Source: Porphyridium purpureum (Eukaryota). Taken from it: 64,000 bases of DNA. The notes under the pieces were generated by a model. That model was not told the origin of the DNA, did not search any database, and worked only from the letters and a program-made list of their open reading frames with translations. Below are positions 50,791-60,753 of the stretch, one piece after another. The stretch is taken from assembly GCA_008690995.1 (NCBI GenBank), contig VRMN01000001.1:1736001-1800000 (forward strand), in the 5' to 3' direction. How positions within the stretch are numbered: the stretch's first letter is position 1; every line of letters begins with the position of its first letter. Both the position numbers and the translations under genes were made by a program.

Positions 50791-53103
50791 ATGAAACCTT
50801 CCGATGCTCCCGCGGGGTCGGCGGCCGCGGGAGGCAAGCTGGGCAGCTTGGCCGCCGCCGTCTCGGCGACAAGTGGCAGCTCCGGCGGCTCGGGCATTCT
50901 GTCCAAAGTGAGGTCGTTTGGCCGCAGTGCGCCGAGCACCATGCAGGACCGGGTGAGCAAGGACGCGCAGGAGCAAGCGCGTGAGCAAGCCGCGCAGTTG
51001 AAGGCGGAGCTTCAGGCACAGGCAGCATCGCCGACGGCCAAGGCCAAGAAGCGCGGGAGTCTGGAAGAGGGCGCCACCTCGCCGTGGAGCAGTCGCGGAA
51101 GCCACGGCGCCCTGCAGAGCGTGCCGCCGCCTCGCACGCACTCATCGCATCCGCACGCAACCGAACTGTCACACGGCGCTCCCCAGTCGAACGCAAAGAC
51201 CGGTACGTCAACGCGCGCACGATACTACTCGGACGATACGACGGGACCAGTTCCATCAAGCCCTATTCCCCTCACTTCAATGAACAAGTCTTCAACAGCA
51301 GTTGCTAGAGGGCGGCGTGACTTTTTAGATGCAGACGAGATGAAAGCTGAAGTCGTTGTTGGTTCGGCGCACTCAGGTACCAAGGCCGTGTTGTTCAAGA
51401 AAATGGACTCAGCCTACGGCTCCTCGATGGATTCTCAAGAGCCTGACCAGCCAGCAACGGCAACGCGAGTATCGACGAAAAACCAGCCGAGGCGCCTTGT
51501 CAGGAAGCCTGCTGGCGAGGGCTCTGGGAGGCTTCATGTTTCGACTTCGGGGCGGCTTCCGGCTTCGGGCTCTGGGCGGCTTCCAGTTTCGGGCTCTGGG
51601 CGGCTTCCAGTTTCAACTTCTGGGCGGCTCCCAGTTTCAACTTCTGGGCGGATTCAGGTTTCGCCATCTGCCCGCCGCTTCTCGTCATGCGAGGAGAGTC
51701 TCCATTCGGACGGCGCTGCTGGCTGTGATCCACCCGCTGCGTTTCACGCAGTGCCTTCCCGCATTTTTGGAAAGGAGTCACAATCTGATGGACACACACC
51801 AGCAACTTCGTCGGCGATGCTCAGTAGCCGGCTGAAAGGTGCTGGTTCACGGAAGAAGCTGAACGTGGAGGTCGGTTCTCCGAATCCACGTAGTCCCGGT
51901 AGAGACGCTCTGTTGGAGAATCGTACGATTAGCCCTTCGACCATATTTTCGGCTCGTGGCGCTGGTAGTGGGCACGCATTTGCTCGGAAAAACACTGATG
52001 GTACTCCGCGCACTACGGATGACTCATTTGTATATCCGATGAGCCCCGCAGGAACAGGCAATGAACCAGATCGCTCTTTTAGCTCTTTTGCAAGCATGAG
52101 ACGTGCGCTTTCTGCCAAAAGGATAGAACCGCTTGAAGCAGATTTGTCAACACTGACGAAGAAGGACTTTAGCGACAAGCTCGAAGAGCTGGCACCAGAT
52201 GCCGGGAAGCGCAGGATTGAAGATTTTGTTCTACTGCATGAAAACCAAATTTTGGGAAAAGGGGGTCAGTCCGTGATTTACAAGGGCAAGAAAAGCTCTG
52301 GAACAGTCGCGGTGAAGCGGATTTTGTGCGTGCGTGGTGTCGACGAAACGGAAGAGCGCCGCATGCTACGCCTACGATTCGCGCGCGTTGAAGCAGAAGT
52401 GCTGGCTATGGTAACTCCGCATCCGCATATTGTCGTCCTCGAAGATGTATTTGATAGCAGAGCGCATTTTGATCTAGTGCTTGAATGCCTTGACGGTCCC
52501 AACTTGTTTGAATTCATGACCGCTGGTCAGGTATCTGAAAATGCAGCTTTAGTGATCATGCGGCAGGTGGCAAGCGCCATTGCACACTTGCACATGTATG
52601 GCATTGCGCATCGTGACCTAAAGCCTCAGAACGTCGTTTTCCGCTCCGGTACGCCCAAGGAGGATGATTTCTGGCTCAAGCTGATCGATTTTGGGCTGGT
52701 ACACTCCAAGGTACATGAAGACGGCGACGAAGTGACGGCTAAAGCCGGAACCTACCAATGGATGGCTCCAGAGCAGATTGCGCGCAAGCCGCACCCGGCG
52801 GCCGGCGTGGACGTATGGGCGATGGGCGTGATGTTGTACATTCTAGTAGAGTCCAGATACCCCTTTTATGCGAAAAGCATGGAGGAGCTGGAACGCAATA
52901 TCTGCTCGACTAACATGAGAGAGCGCTTTTCGTGCAGCTCAGCGGACGTGAGCGCGTTGACCATTGCGATGCTCGCGGTGGACTTCACGCAGCGACCGTC
53001 TGCGGCCGAGGTGCTGCAACGGCTGGACAAGATCATCGATACGCGCGGGCTATCTGTTCCCAAGGAGTCATCTGGCAAGTTTTGGGAACGGACCAAACGA
53101 TGA
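50791..53103 (+). CDS. CAMK-like Ser/Thr kinase with long disordered N-terminus
   Basis: LGKGGQSVIY, AVK, HRDLKPQN, DFG, GTYQWMAPE, DVWAMGV. Confidence 0.92.
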   Translation: MKPSDAPAGSAAAGGKLGSLAAAVSATSGSSGGSGILSKVRSFGRSAPSTMQDRVSKDAQEQAREQAAQLKAELQAQAASPTAKAKKRGSLEEGATSPWSSRGSHGALQSVPPPRTHSSHPHATELSHGAPQSNAKTGTSTRARYYSDDTTGPVPSSPIPLTSMNKSSTAVARGRRDFLDADEMKAEVVVGSAHSGTKAVLFKKMDSAYGSSMDSQEPDQPATATRVSTKNQPRRLVRKPAGEGSGRLHVSTSGRLPASGSGRLPVSGSGRLPVSTSGRLPVSTSGRIQVSPSARRFSSCEESLHSDGAAGCDPPAAFHAVPSRIFGKESQSDGHTPATSSAMLSSRLKGAGSRKKLNVEVGSPNPRSPGRDALLENRTISPSTIFSARGAGSGHAFARKNTDGTPRTTDDSFVYPMSPAGTGNEPDRSFSSFASMRRALSAKRIEPLEADLSTLTKKDFSDKLEELAPDAGKRRIEDFVLLHENQILGKGGQSVIYKGKKSSGTVAVKRILCVRGVDETEERRMLRLRFARVEAEVLAMVTPHPHIVVLEDVFDSRAHFDLVLECLDGPNLFEFMTAGQVSENAALVIMRQVASAIAHLHMYGIAHRDLKPQNVVFRSGTPKEDDFWLKLIDFGLVHSKVHEDGDEVTAKAGTYQWMAPEQIARKPHPAAGVDVWAMGVMLYILVESRYPFYAKSMEELERNICSTNMRERFSCSSADVSALTIAMLAVDFTQRPSAAEVLQRLDKIIDTRGLSVPKESSGKFWERTKR
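51520..51663 (+). repeat. 24-bp x6 coding tandem repeat ([G/T]SGRLPVS)
   Basis: Six units such as ggctctgggcggcttccagtttcg and acttctgggcggctcccagtttca. Confidence 0.92.
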
Positions 53104-53435
53104 AGGAGCGCCGCGTGCGCCCTTAGCGCCATCTCTCAACTGGCATGGTGCCCGCGAGCTTCATGCGCGCACACCTGTGTAAATTTACTGTACTGCAGGT
53201 ACACTCGACTAACAAAGAAAACTATTAAAACCCTAGCAGAGCCCCAACCTGGAAAGAATAGTAAACCAGGCACAGTTTACTATGAAACGCATGTTTGGCT
53301 GTTCGAGTGCGTTCCACGTGGACGGGGTGTCGCCTGGTCCAGCAGCGCACACATTCGAGATTCGGGAGTGCGGGGGACAAGAATCTGTGGGGGTTGCGGG
53401 AAGACCAGGCAACGTGAGGAGGAAGCACAGAGCGT

Positions 53436-54275
53436 ATGCACGCGTTTGTTCGGCCGCAGTCTCTTGTTACGATAGTGGGATCGCCGCTCGAGACCCATTC
53501 CGCAAGAAGGTGGGTTGCTCGACCACGTGGTGCAAGGGCGAGAGCGGGTCGCGTAAAGGTCGGGTGGAGGAATTGCAGTTCTGACGTGCTTCGTGCGAGC
53601 AGTATGGCACACATTGCCGCAGGGGCGTTGGTGGGCGCCGCGGTCGCTGTGGTCACATCGTGCAAGATGATGCATCGCGACGAGCCCGAGTTGCGACGCA
53701 CGGTGCTGATCGACATGGACAACACGCTCGTGGATTTTGACAAGGAGTTCACAAAGCGCTGGCTCATGCTGCGGCCCAGTGATGACCCGAACGTTGTGCT
53801 GGAGCGCAAGCTGTTCGAGTTGGAGGAGAACTTTGCCAACGACGACGATCGTCGCCTGGCCGAGCGCATCATGGGCACGTCTGGCTTCTACATCGAGTTC
53901 GAGCCAATGCCTGGCGCAATCCAGGCCGTGCGCGAGATGGTGCGCAACGGATTGAACGTCGTGTTCTGCACCGCCCCTCACCCATTGCAGTACGAGTCCT
54001 GCGTTAAGGAAAAGTTTGCTTGGGTGCGTAAATACTTTGGCGAAGAATACTTGTCGCGACTCATTATCACGCGCGACAAGTCCATCATTAAGGGCGCGGT
54101 GCTCATCGACGACAAGCCTAAAGTGACTGGCGCGTGCCGGTCCCCTGACTGGAAGCATGTTGTTTTCACTCGCAGCTATAATGTGGATGCGAAGGAAACC
54201 AAGCACCGGCTCAATCAATGGGAGTTGTGGCGTGACGTTCTGAAGCCAATCATACCGGGCAAATACTATGACTAG
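53436..54275 (+). CDS. 5'(3')-deoxyribonucleotidase (NT5C/NT5M family)
   Basis: LIDMDNTLVDF, EPMPGAI, FCTAP, EKFAWV, IITRDKS, LIDDKP, FTRSYN; Arg-rich presequence-like N-terminus. Confidence 0.92.
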   Translation: MHAFVRPQSLVTIVGSPLETHSARRWVARPRGARARAGRVKVGWRNCSSDVLRASSMAHIAAGALVGAAVAVVTSCKMMHRDEPELRRTVLIDMDNTLVDFDKEFTKRWLMLRPSDDPNVVLERKLFELEENFANDDDRRLAERIMGTSGFYIEFEPMPGAIQAVREMVRNGLNVVFCTAPHPLQYESCVKEKFAWVRKYFGEEYLSRLIITRDKSIIKGAVLIDDKPKVTGACRSPDWKHVVFTRSYNVDAKETKHRLNQWELWRDVLKPIIPGKYYD

Positions 54276-54530
54276 TAAAAGGAGTGCGAGCTTCCACCAA
54301 AAATGAAAACGGCTCCCAGGGAAGCAGGAAACAAGCAAGTAACATCAAACCTTTTCCATATCGCCCGACAATTTTTCCCGGTTCGCAGTCTCCTTCGACG
54401 GGCGGGATCTCTGGTCGGGCTTTCACTGGCAAGAACAGAATTCCAAATGAAACAACTATTCCTCAACAAAAATTTCGCTGCTCGAAGCCCACAAAGCATG
54501 TAAATCGAGTCAGTGGCGCGATTTGCATGC

Positions 54531-55505
54531 TCACTCCGGCCTCGCGAGCTGGCCCGCGCTGTTTCTGCGCTGAAAGTACGTCAGCACGCGGCTGACATGC
54601 GGCGACTGCAGCTTTTGCGCAGCTACACCGAACCGGTTCTCAAAAGCGCTCCACACAGTGCCGCGGTGCGAAACTGTCGTGACACGGTGGCCATCCTGGT
54701 TTGGTAGCTTGTGTGCGTCTGCATGCAGAACACCATTGAAACGTCCCATCTTTGACACGCACTCGCGCGATGCAAAAACCTGAGCGTACGTGACCAGCGT
54801 TGAGCCTGGCGAGCGCAGGCGCGCTGTGGCCGTGCTTTCTGTCACCTCGAGTACGTGGTAGGGGGTGCCGCAAGGCAACTCGTTCAATCCGAGAATGCAC
54901 AGCAGCTCGCCAATGCCATCGCTCGAATGCACTTTGTCCAGGCCATGTGCCTCAATCCATTCGGCATCAATACAGACCGGGGCTGGGGTGGGCGAAAGTG
55001 TTGGTGTCGCTGTAGGTGTGGGTGTCTTCGTCGGCGTCATTGTCGGCGATGCAGTCGGTGCGGACGTCGGCGAAGGACTTGGGCTGCTGTCGCACGAGTA
55101 GCTCAAGTACTTGATCAAGGACAGGAAATTACGAATCCCCGAAGTACTCGAGCTGATGATTTCGCGCTCGTCATTGACCGTCATTTCACCTATGACTGAA
55201 GCACCAGCTCATGGCGTCCCTTCCCCTGCACATTCACTGTTCGAATATCCCTGCACCATAATTGCAAAGCTGAATTGCTCACAGGTGACTGTGACCAACT
55301 TGACGGACATGACTTCCACGATCGCTGACGAATAAGACCAGCCAAACTGCTGGCACACTCCGAAAGTGAGACCAGGCTCTTGCGGTGTGCCTCAACAAAG
55401 CTGCTCGGGAAACACCTGCAAGGCCGCCGTCGACGCAGCGTGCACCGATTCGACGACCACGATGGCGCTGCACACCAGCAACGCCCACACGCCTGCACAC
55501 TTCAT
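54531..55505 (-). pseudogene. Secreted Pro/Thr-linker protein gene interrupted by two in-frame TGA codons
   Basis: ATG 55505 gives a signal peptide (MKCAGVWALLVCSAIVVVESVHA) in frame with ORF 54531..55184. TGA at codon 38 (55394-55392) and codon 99 (55211-55209). PT linker, then a CIDAEWI..LPCGTP.H domain. Confidence 0.7.
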
Positions 55506-56611
55506 TGCAACGGCCGTGCTCTCAAACACTCCTCCGGAAACCGTGCCACCTCTCACATAAACCCCGCTTCACCGTTCTTTGCGCCGACCGCACGCATCGT
55601 TTCTGTGCACATCTCTATCTACGCTCTTCCCTGTCAGTCTGCGAGCGCCACTGATGTGCATGTACCATGCTTGCACATGCCTCAGTGTGTGTGTGTGTGT
55701 GTGTGTTCCGAGTGGCCTGGATGCGGCAACACACGGACAGTAACCATTTCTCTCCACCTTCAATTCACAATCGCTCCAAGCCGGGTTATTTTTCCCACAT
55801 GCTTTAGAGATTGTGAGCTCCTTTGCACACGCCTGCCACAAAATGCACGCCTGACAGAAATCGACACTGTACACTTTCTTTGAACACCCGCGCACGTCAG
55901 ATCAACAAGTTGACGTGCGCAGCAGCAAAACGGGCAACGGCTTCATGACGAACTGCGCGGTTCGTATAAAAAGTGCGCTACGGCTGCCTGACCAGCTCTG
56001 GTATTCGTCATGGGCAAGATGATGAGCTAGAAGCAAACAGTCTATCCCTCGTTATCTGTAGCAACCGCGGATGAAGCTCTGCGCAGAGCGCGTGGCCGGC
56101 CGCGTTGCTCGTCGTTTCTCGGGAACGAGAGCGTGCCAAGTTGGAAAACGAGAACGGCAAAAGCGCGACTGCCCAGCTCGATTTCGGTTTTTGTGTGTAG
56201 CGGTTTAAATGAACCGGCGCGCTTGCATGCGGAACCGGTGAACAAGTAAGGTGTACAGCGATCACAGAACTGGAGGTACAGTATCCTTCTGAGAATGCGC
56301 GCGAACCGCGGCGAAACGCAAGCGACAAACCGAAACCAGCCGCTGCGCATGTGCGCGTTGCGTGCGCGTGGCGCGTGGCGCGGGGGTCGAGGACTTGGGT
56401 CTCGAGGCATGGGTTACGGGTGGGGCGATGCGCGGGAGCGGGCGCCATTCTAGTGGGTGTGTCTTCCACGCGGGGAGGCGTGCGAGAGAAGAAAGGCTCA
56501 TAGAACGAAAGTGCAAAACCCCCGGCGCCGGCTGAAGCGGGTTACCACCTGACCATTGTCGACGGGGAAAGGGAGAAATCAAGATTAGGAGCACCCAACT
56601 CGCCCGTTGAA

Positions 56612-59600
56612 ATGGTGGTCCGCGTGCCCCGGCAGCGCGTGCCGAAAGTGCAGACAACGACGGCCGCCACGGGATTGCCGGCAGGCATGTCTCGCCAGAC
56701 AATGGCCTTTCTCAGCACAGTGGTTTCCGAGCTCGCGACGCTGGGGCGCGCGGCGTCCGTGCGCCCCACACCCAAGCCCAAGCAAGAGACCGAGGACTAT
56801 GCGCAGAGTGTGCTGCAGGATATGCAGCTCGCGCTGCGCAGGGACCAGCAGGGCTTGTTCGCGGTGCGCAGGACGCTGGGCAAGTGGGGCGTCATCCGGA
56901 AGGAACTCCTCCCGCTCGTGGTTAAATACGCAGGAAGCACTGACGTGACATACGAGGTGGCAAAGCTGGCGGTGGTGCTCACCATGCCGTTTGCGGAGGA
57001 TGACCCGCAGATGTTGCAAGTCGCAGACCCTTTCTTGGAGCTCGACGCACAGCTTGTGGCCGACAAGGAAGCGTTCGCTGCTAACACGGAGGCCCTCAAA
57101 TACTTGACAGATCTTTTCTTTGGCGCTTTGGCCACTGTACTAGACAGCTCCGCGCGTGACTCGAGTTGCGCCACGCAGCAAGTCGTGCTCGAGCTTTTAC
57201 TGACACTCATTCGAAATCTGCTGGTCCCCGTGCGCTTTCAGTATCCCAGCAGCCTAGCTTCTCGAAATCGCAATGCACATATGCGGCTCGTGTCTGCGCT
57301 CGACTCGCTTGAAGTGTTTCAAATTTTGAGCGACCTTTTCAGTGACCCGTCATCCGCGAAACGGCTGCCGGCTCCCAGCACCTTTCTCGTCGTGGAAATC
57401 ATATCGCTTGCATTCAGGTGTCACACATCCGCGAGTCTGCTGCTGCTGCGGAGCCACGAGCAGGAAACGGAACGCCAAGGCACCAGTCATGCAGAAAATG
57501 ATTCCAGCGCCGTCGCTCTTTCCACTTTGGATGGTCTCGCCGCACGTACTGCCCCGACAGATCAAGGTGGCCACGGCAAGTCGACGCTCGCCGGCCTACT
57601 CCAGAGTGAAATGCGCGCAAAGAGATTCGTCGCAAAACCTAGCCGCTGGAATACCAAGTTTGGCGGCATGTTCGCTCAAAACAAGGCCGGCCAAAACAAG
57701 GTTCTGTCCGCGGAGAATATTTTCAGGGAAAACATCATGAAGCGAGCGAGGCTGCCGACCTCTTCGCTAGCGGCTAATGCTTTCGCACTGCACGCGCACC
57801 GTCCCCGTGCAAACGGGCCTATGATTCAGGCACGATTGCAACTGACCGCAACGGCGCCTGACATTGGCGACGAGCGGCTCGAGCGGCAGAGCGGAAGCGT
57901 GCTGCTCAAGCTGGCAGACGCACTTACGGACAACGGCTTTGAATGCATGATTCAGACCATTTACCAGCTCATGCGAGACTCGGTGGACCAGCGGTTTCAT
58001 ATTGAAAAGTTCCGCTTGTACGATTTCATCTCCAAGATTCTCGGCCTGCGCATTGGGTTGCTACGTGCACAGCCGCCCGTCGCCCTGGGCGCAGCGCTGC
58101 ATCAGCTCGACATGGGGCAAATATTTCGCTCAAATGCAGCAAACCAGCGCGTAGAAGATGAGACACGCGTTCGCAAAGTCGCCTTTGTCCTCGAGCCCAA
58201 GTTCTTGTACATGCTCACCACAGACTTGCACGACCTGATCGATCAGTGCGGTACTGGTGGTACCGATCGCGGCAGCGAGGGCAGTGGCAGTGGCCAATCC
58301 AAATTTGACCTGACTGCCAAGCTTTACTGCTGCACGCGCCTGTTTGCAGACGTCCTGACTACCTTGCGGCTTCTTGCTGCTGGCCGCAAGTCGAGCAGCA
58401 TCGACTACGCGCGCCATGACTCTCACATTGCCGGAGAAGAACGGGAACAAGAGGCACAAGCAGAGGCGCAGCCGAATAGAGTACATGAGAGTTTGGAGGA
58501 TTCCGGCCTGGAAGAACGATCTGGACGCAAGCCGGAAGCCGGATCACGGCATGAATACATCGACGTACTAGAACCGCAGCACAAGCCGCACGCCGTACCC
58601 GAACCGGCACGCTCAGCGGTTGCTCGTTCCAGAACCCAAGGCAACCATGATGCCAGCGAAAATTCTGAGATGTATAATGTTGCATTCAGGATCTTGGACA
58701 AGTTTTTTTACGCAGACGGCAGCATCGACCTGGTGTACAACTTGCTAAAACTGGTGGATACATCGGCATCCAACAGGTATGCGATTCCCCAGCTTGAAGC
58801 CGCTGTCGAAGCGACTCTCACAATGCTAGCCTGGATGGACGAGCTCGAGACTGAATCGAACGACACACAGCAAGGTCGTCGGCGCCTGCGCAGGAAACGA
58901 CGATCCGAAGAGCAGATTGCCGGAGCGGATTACATTGAGGGTGCGAGCGACGAAAACGAGGATGACGAAGAAGAGGAAGAGACGTACATTTCCCCCCTTT
59001 ACGAGATCGTTCGCTTTGCCCATCCAGAGATTCTGCAACATATTAGCCTCATTCTACGGCATGGCCTCGCCGAATGCTTTGAGGCTGGTGGACCTAACCG
59101 GAATACCTCGAGCGGCACTGCCGTGCACGATATCGCATTTGCTGGCGCGTTATTCGTGTTTCAGAAAATCTGGCGTGCTGTTCAGTCACCTGAAATGAAG
59201 GAGACCGGCCTGTGTATTATGTTTTTCGATGTGCATATCCTTGCCATGGTGCTATCTGTATTTGAAGCCGAGGCGTTCATGAAGCGTTGGGTATCCGGCG
59301 CGGGTGAGCGTTTTGACCATGGTAGCAGCAATCAAGACACTGTTGATGCTTCGCAGCATTCTGAGAGCATGTTTCGCTCCATCGCTTTGCTGAGTGAAGA
59401 GATTGCCGAGCTTTTCTTCTCCATGCTTGATTATTATCCCGAAATGGCCACGTATGCGATTATGCACTTGTACAAGGCTGAGTGTCGCACGTACATGGGC
59501 TGCTATCTTGCGCGTAGAGCCGACGTGGAGCGCGCCGTGAGACTTGATCTTGCGACCAGAATCCGCAAGGAAGCAGAAGCAGAAGCGCCAGCGTTGCTTA

Positions 59601-60547
59601 CCTCTGGTGGCCATGTTTCGACTGGTTCTGCCGAGGATCGAGACCGTAGCGAAGCCCAGGACCAGCAAGTGAAATTCCCAGACGATTTGCAGCATCCAGA
59701 CACCGCGGCACACGAAAGGAGCGACAGCGAACTTGACGATGATGACGATGAGGATGCGTTGTACAACGCCCTGCTTCTCAAACGGCCAAGAGGAGACGCT
59801 GATGGCGAAAGGCTTGACGTAGATGCCGAAGACGAGCACGACAAGGCATACCAATCCGCACCGAAACGGCATCGCCTGAAATTGAGTGGAACAGAATCCG
59901 ACTCGAATGACGAAACGGCCTTGCGCGCCGAGTCTGAAGATAGCGATGTTGGGCACGAGCCCGCGCGAGAGTCTTTTGCTCTCGTATCTCCGGCACATCG
60001 TGTCGGGCAACGGGACGAGCAGTACGAGGAAGAACAATTCGGAGCGCAGCAAAAGAACTCGCGAAGGTCCCGAGCGCGTTTGCAGGTCGATGACTCTTCT
60101 GATGAGGAGATGGCTGGAGAATTGTCAACGCGAGAAGAAGATGCCATGAATCGTCAAAGCGATGCTCTGGGTACATTATCGTCGTTCCAATCAAATTCGG
60201 AAGCAGCAGCAGCAGCAGCAGCAAGTACTAATGAACGAGCTCAACCTGCAGAGTCTGTCCATCGATATAGTCTGGCAGATCATGCTCCCGACTCTGAGGC
60301 GTCGCCCATTGCTTCCGTGCGACCGGAAGGTTCAGCACATGCTGCTGAGCTCCGCACGTATTCTTACCGACAGCGTCTCGCCGTCGAAAGCGCTTTGGGA
60401 GAAAGCACCATTCCATCATCCCGCGCTCAGCCCAAGCAGCCTGCGATCACAGTGCAGGGCGATGACGACGACTCGGAGGATGAGGTGCTGGACGATTCGC
60501 TCGTTCCCATGTGGAACAAGTTGCGCGATCGAATATGGCAGGAGTAG
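56612..60547 (+). CDS. TIMELESS: Timeless/Tof1/Swi1 family replication-fork protection protein
   Basis: LQDMQLALRRD..VRRTLGKWGVIRKELLPL, LAVVLTMP, ELLLTLIRNLL, VEIISLAF, SRWNTKFGG, FYADG, RFAHPEI; acidic tail. Confidence 0.82.
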   Translation: MVVRVPRQRVPKVQTTTAATGLPAGMSRQTMAFLSTVVSELATLGRAASVRPTPKPKQETEDYAQSVLQDMQLALRRDQQGLFAVRRTLGKWGVIRKELLPLVVKYAGSTDVTYEVAKLAVVLTMPFAEDDPQMLQVADPFLELDAQLVADKEAFAANTEALKYLTDLFFGALATVLDSSARDSSCATQQVVLELLLTLIRNLLVPVRFQYPSSLASRNRNAHMRLVSALDSLEVFQILSDLFSDPSSAKRLPAPSTFLVVEIISLAFRCHTSASLLLLRSHEQETERQGTSHAENDSSAVALSTLDGLAARTAPTDQGGHGKSTLAGLLQSEMRAKRFVAKPSRWNTKFGGMFAQNKAGQNKVLSAENIFRENIMKRARLPTSSLAANAFALHAHRPRANGPMIQARLQLTATAPDIGDERLERQSGSVLLKLADALTDNGFECMIQTIYQLMRDSVDQRFHIEKFRLYDFISKILGLRIGLLRAQPPVALGAALHQLDMGQIFRSNAANQRVEDETRVRKVAFVLEPKFLYMLTTDLHDLIDQCGTGGTDRGSEGSGSGQSKFDLTAKLYCCTRLFADVLTTLRLLAAGRKSSSIDYARHDSHIAGEEREQEAQAEAQPNRVHESLEDSGLEERSGRKPEAGSRHEYIDVLEPQHKPHAVPEPARSAVARSRTQGNHDASENSEMYNVAFRILDKFFYADGSIDLVYNLLKLVDTSASNRYAIPQLEAAVEATLTMLAWMDELETESNDTQQGRRRLRRKRRSEEQIAGADYIEGASDENEDDEEEEETYISPLYEIVRFAHPEILQHISLILRHGLAECFEAGGPNRNTSSGTAVHDIAFAGALFVFQKIWRAVQSPEMKETGLCIMFFDVHILAMVLSVFEAEAFMKRWVSGAGERFDHGSSNQDTVDASQHSESMFRSIALLSEEIAELFFSMLDYYPEMATYAIMHLYKAECRTYMGCYLARRADVERAVRLDLATRIRKEAEAEAPALLTSGGHVSTGSAEDRDRSEAQDQQVKFPDDLQHPDTAAHERSDSELDDDDDEDALYNALLLKRPRGDADGERLDVDAEDEHDKAYQSAPKRHRLKLSGTESDSNDETALRAESEDSDVGHEPARESFALVSPAHRVGQRDEQYEEEQFGAQQKNSRRSRARLQVDDSSDEEMAGELSTREEDAMNRQSDALGTLSSFQSNSEAAAAAAASTNERAQPAESVHRYSLADHAPDSEASPIASVRPEGSAHAAELRTYSYRQRLAVESALGESTIPSSRAQPKQPAITVQGDDDDSEDEVLDDSLVPMWNKLRDRIWQE

Positions 60548-60753
60548 CTCGGCCATTTGGCAGTAAACGTCTGTACGACAATCTTGCACATGAAACGCAA
60601 CGTTAGGATCTGGAGCGCGAGCTGTGCACTGCCCTCTGATACCGGCACGATCAGACCGACCGTCGGCAGGAGTAAGCGCACACCACATAGCCGCTTCTCG
60701 GCCGAAAAGTCGAAATTCGAAAAGGCGTTCGGACGTCCCCCAAACAGGGCATC

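Noticed and set aside
51520..51663. 24-bp repeats (and the 9-bp arrays) as a CRISPR-like array
   Set aside because: Directly tandem with no unique spacers, in frame within a CDS, no cas genes, eukaryotic context.
60692..60703. CGCTTCTCGGCC, matching the 5' end of U2 snRNA
   Set aside because: The following sequence lacks the U2 stem I continuation and the GUGUAGUA branch-pairing region; a 12-nt chance match.
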